20,000 nt of DNA from Catajapyx aquilonaris. Taxonomy: Eukaryota. Positions 19,111-20,000 of this stretch are shown here, in pieces; within the stretch, counting starts at the first letter, position 1; the number at the start of each line of letters is the position of its first letter. Below the pieces are notes generated by a model, which worked only from the letters and a program-made list of their open reading frames with translations, did not search any database and was not told where the DNA came from. The position numbers were made by a program, and so were the translations under genes. Where the stretch lies: contig KZ538417.1 in the NCBI GenBank assembly GCA_000934665.2, forward strand, positions 59,728-79,727. Direction: 5' to 3'.

Positions 19111-20000
19111 GCCTGCATGAATCAGCCCACAATATTTTGGAGTCCACATTTTAGGGTGAAAAGCTGGCCCGACGGATCGATCCCCAGCAAGAGAGAAGAA
19201 GAAGAGTCGACAAGTGACAAATAAGTTTTCCTTATCCAGGCACGTGGCAATAGGAAGGAAAGGTCCGGCTTGGGCTTGGGGGAAAAGCGGAGGCCATTTG
19301 CATGCTTAGTTGCATTTCCGTTTATCTCCTTCCGGGCTCTGAATAAGGCTTGGCTCTTGCTTCGTCTGGCGAGGGAAAGGAGCCTTGATTCCGGGTCCAA
19401 ATTACGCGTGCAATAGGGGCTAATAATCACTCTGCCCCGGAGGCAAAGAGGGTACAAAGCGAGCAATTTCGTTCCATATATTGTGCAATTCTAGTGTGAG
19501 AGAACGTGGCCATATTGTTTTCGAATCTGCGCCGTTCAAATCGATACATCTTTCCCTAAACTGTCATGGCTGCCACTCATTGATCTGGCAACATGATAAT
19601 CGTAATGTTTGCAGTTTTGTAAGCTTACAGCAATTGGCCGGCAGTAATTTTCCATTGCACTGTGAGCATATTGTTCAGCATGTTGTCGACAATCCAATTT
19701 TTGTGGTACCGTAATTACAATAATGTTTTGCGAAAAATGTCATACTGCATTTTATCTCGTAATGAATTTGATCGATCCGCATTCCAAGTCTTAGTGTGAA
19801 TTTGAGTGAATCCTGATCGTAATTGCACATGTCCCGCTAGAAATTCACGCACGGTTTGACCCGCATGAAAGGTGATGAACAGCACACTCGCCAGTGGGCC
19901 ATTCCAGATTTTTTTTTTTTTCAAATTCATTACTTTCGGTGGAAAGACGCGTCTCCAACGTGCAGCCTGATTGCGTCCTTTCATAAAAATGAACCTGGAC

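Overview
This is eukaryotic, almost certainly animal, non-coding DNA with moderate GC, many poly-A/T/G runs, microsatellites and a 3-N gap at 13030-13032. I cannot support any protein-coding gene, rRNA, tRNA or CRISPR array, and none of the listed ORFs resembles a protein family I recognise. The window reads like part of a very long + strand intron or a regulatory landscape. The strongest signal is a textbook recursive-splicing (ratchet point) motif at 3801-3835, made of a branch point, a pyrimidine tract and CAG|GTAAGT. A second YAG|GTAAGC junction lies 71 nt later and delimits a frame-shifting cryptic exon. Other supported elements are a ~520-bp non-autonomous Helitron-like insertion (15004-15527), two matching bipartite CTCF-like sites (14636, 17130), two foldback/MITE-like palindromes (9671-9766, ~12219-12505), two copies of a nested inverted-repeat module (2676-2987) and a 52-bp tandem repeat at the left edge. 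Several weaker + strand exon candidates are also noted. All calls are by eye; no searches or folding programs were run.
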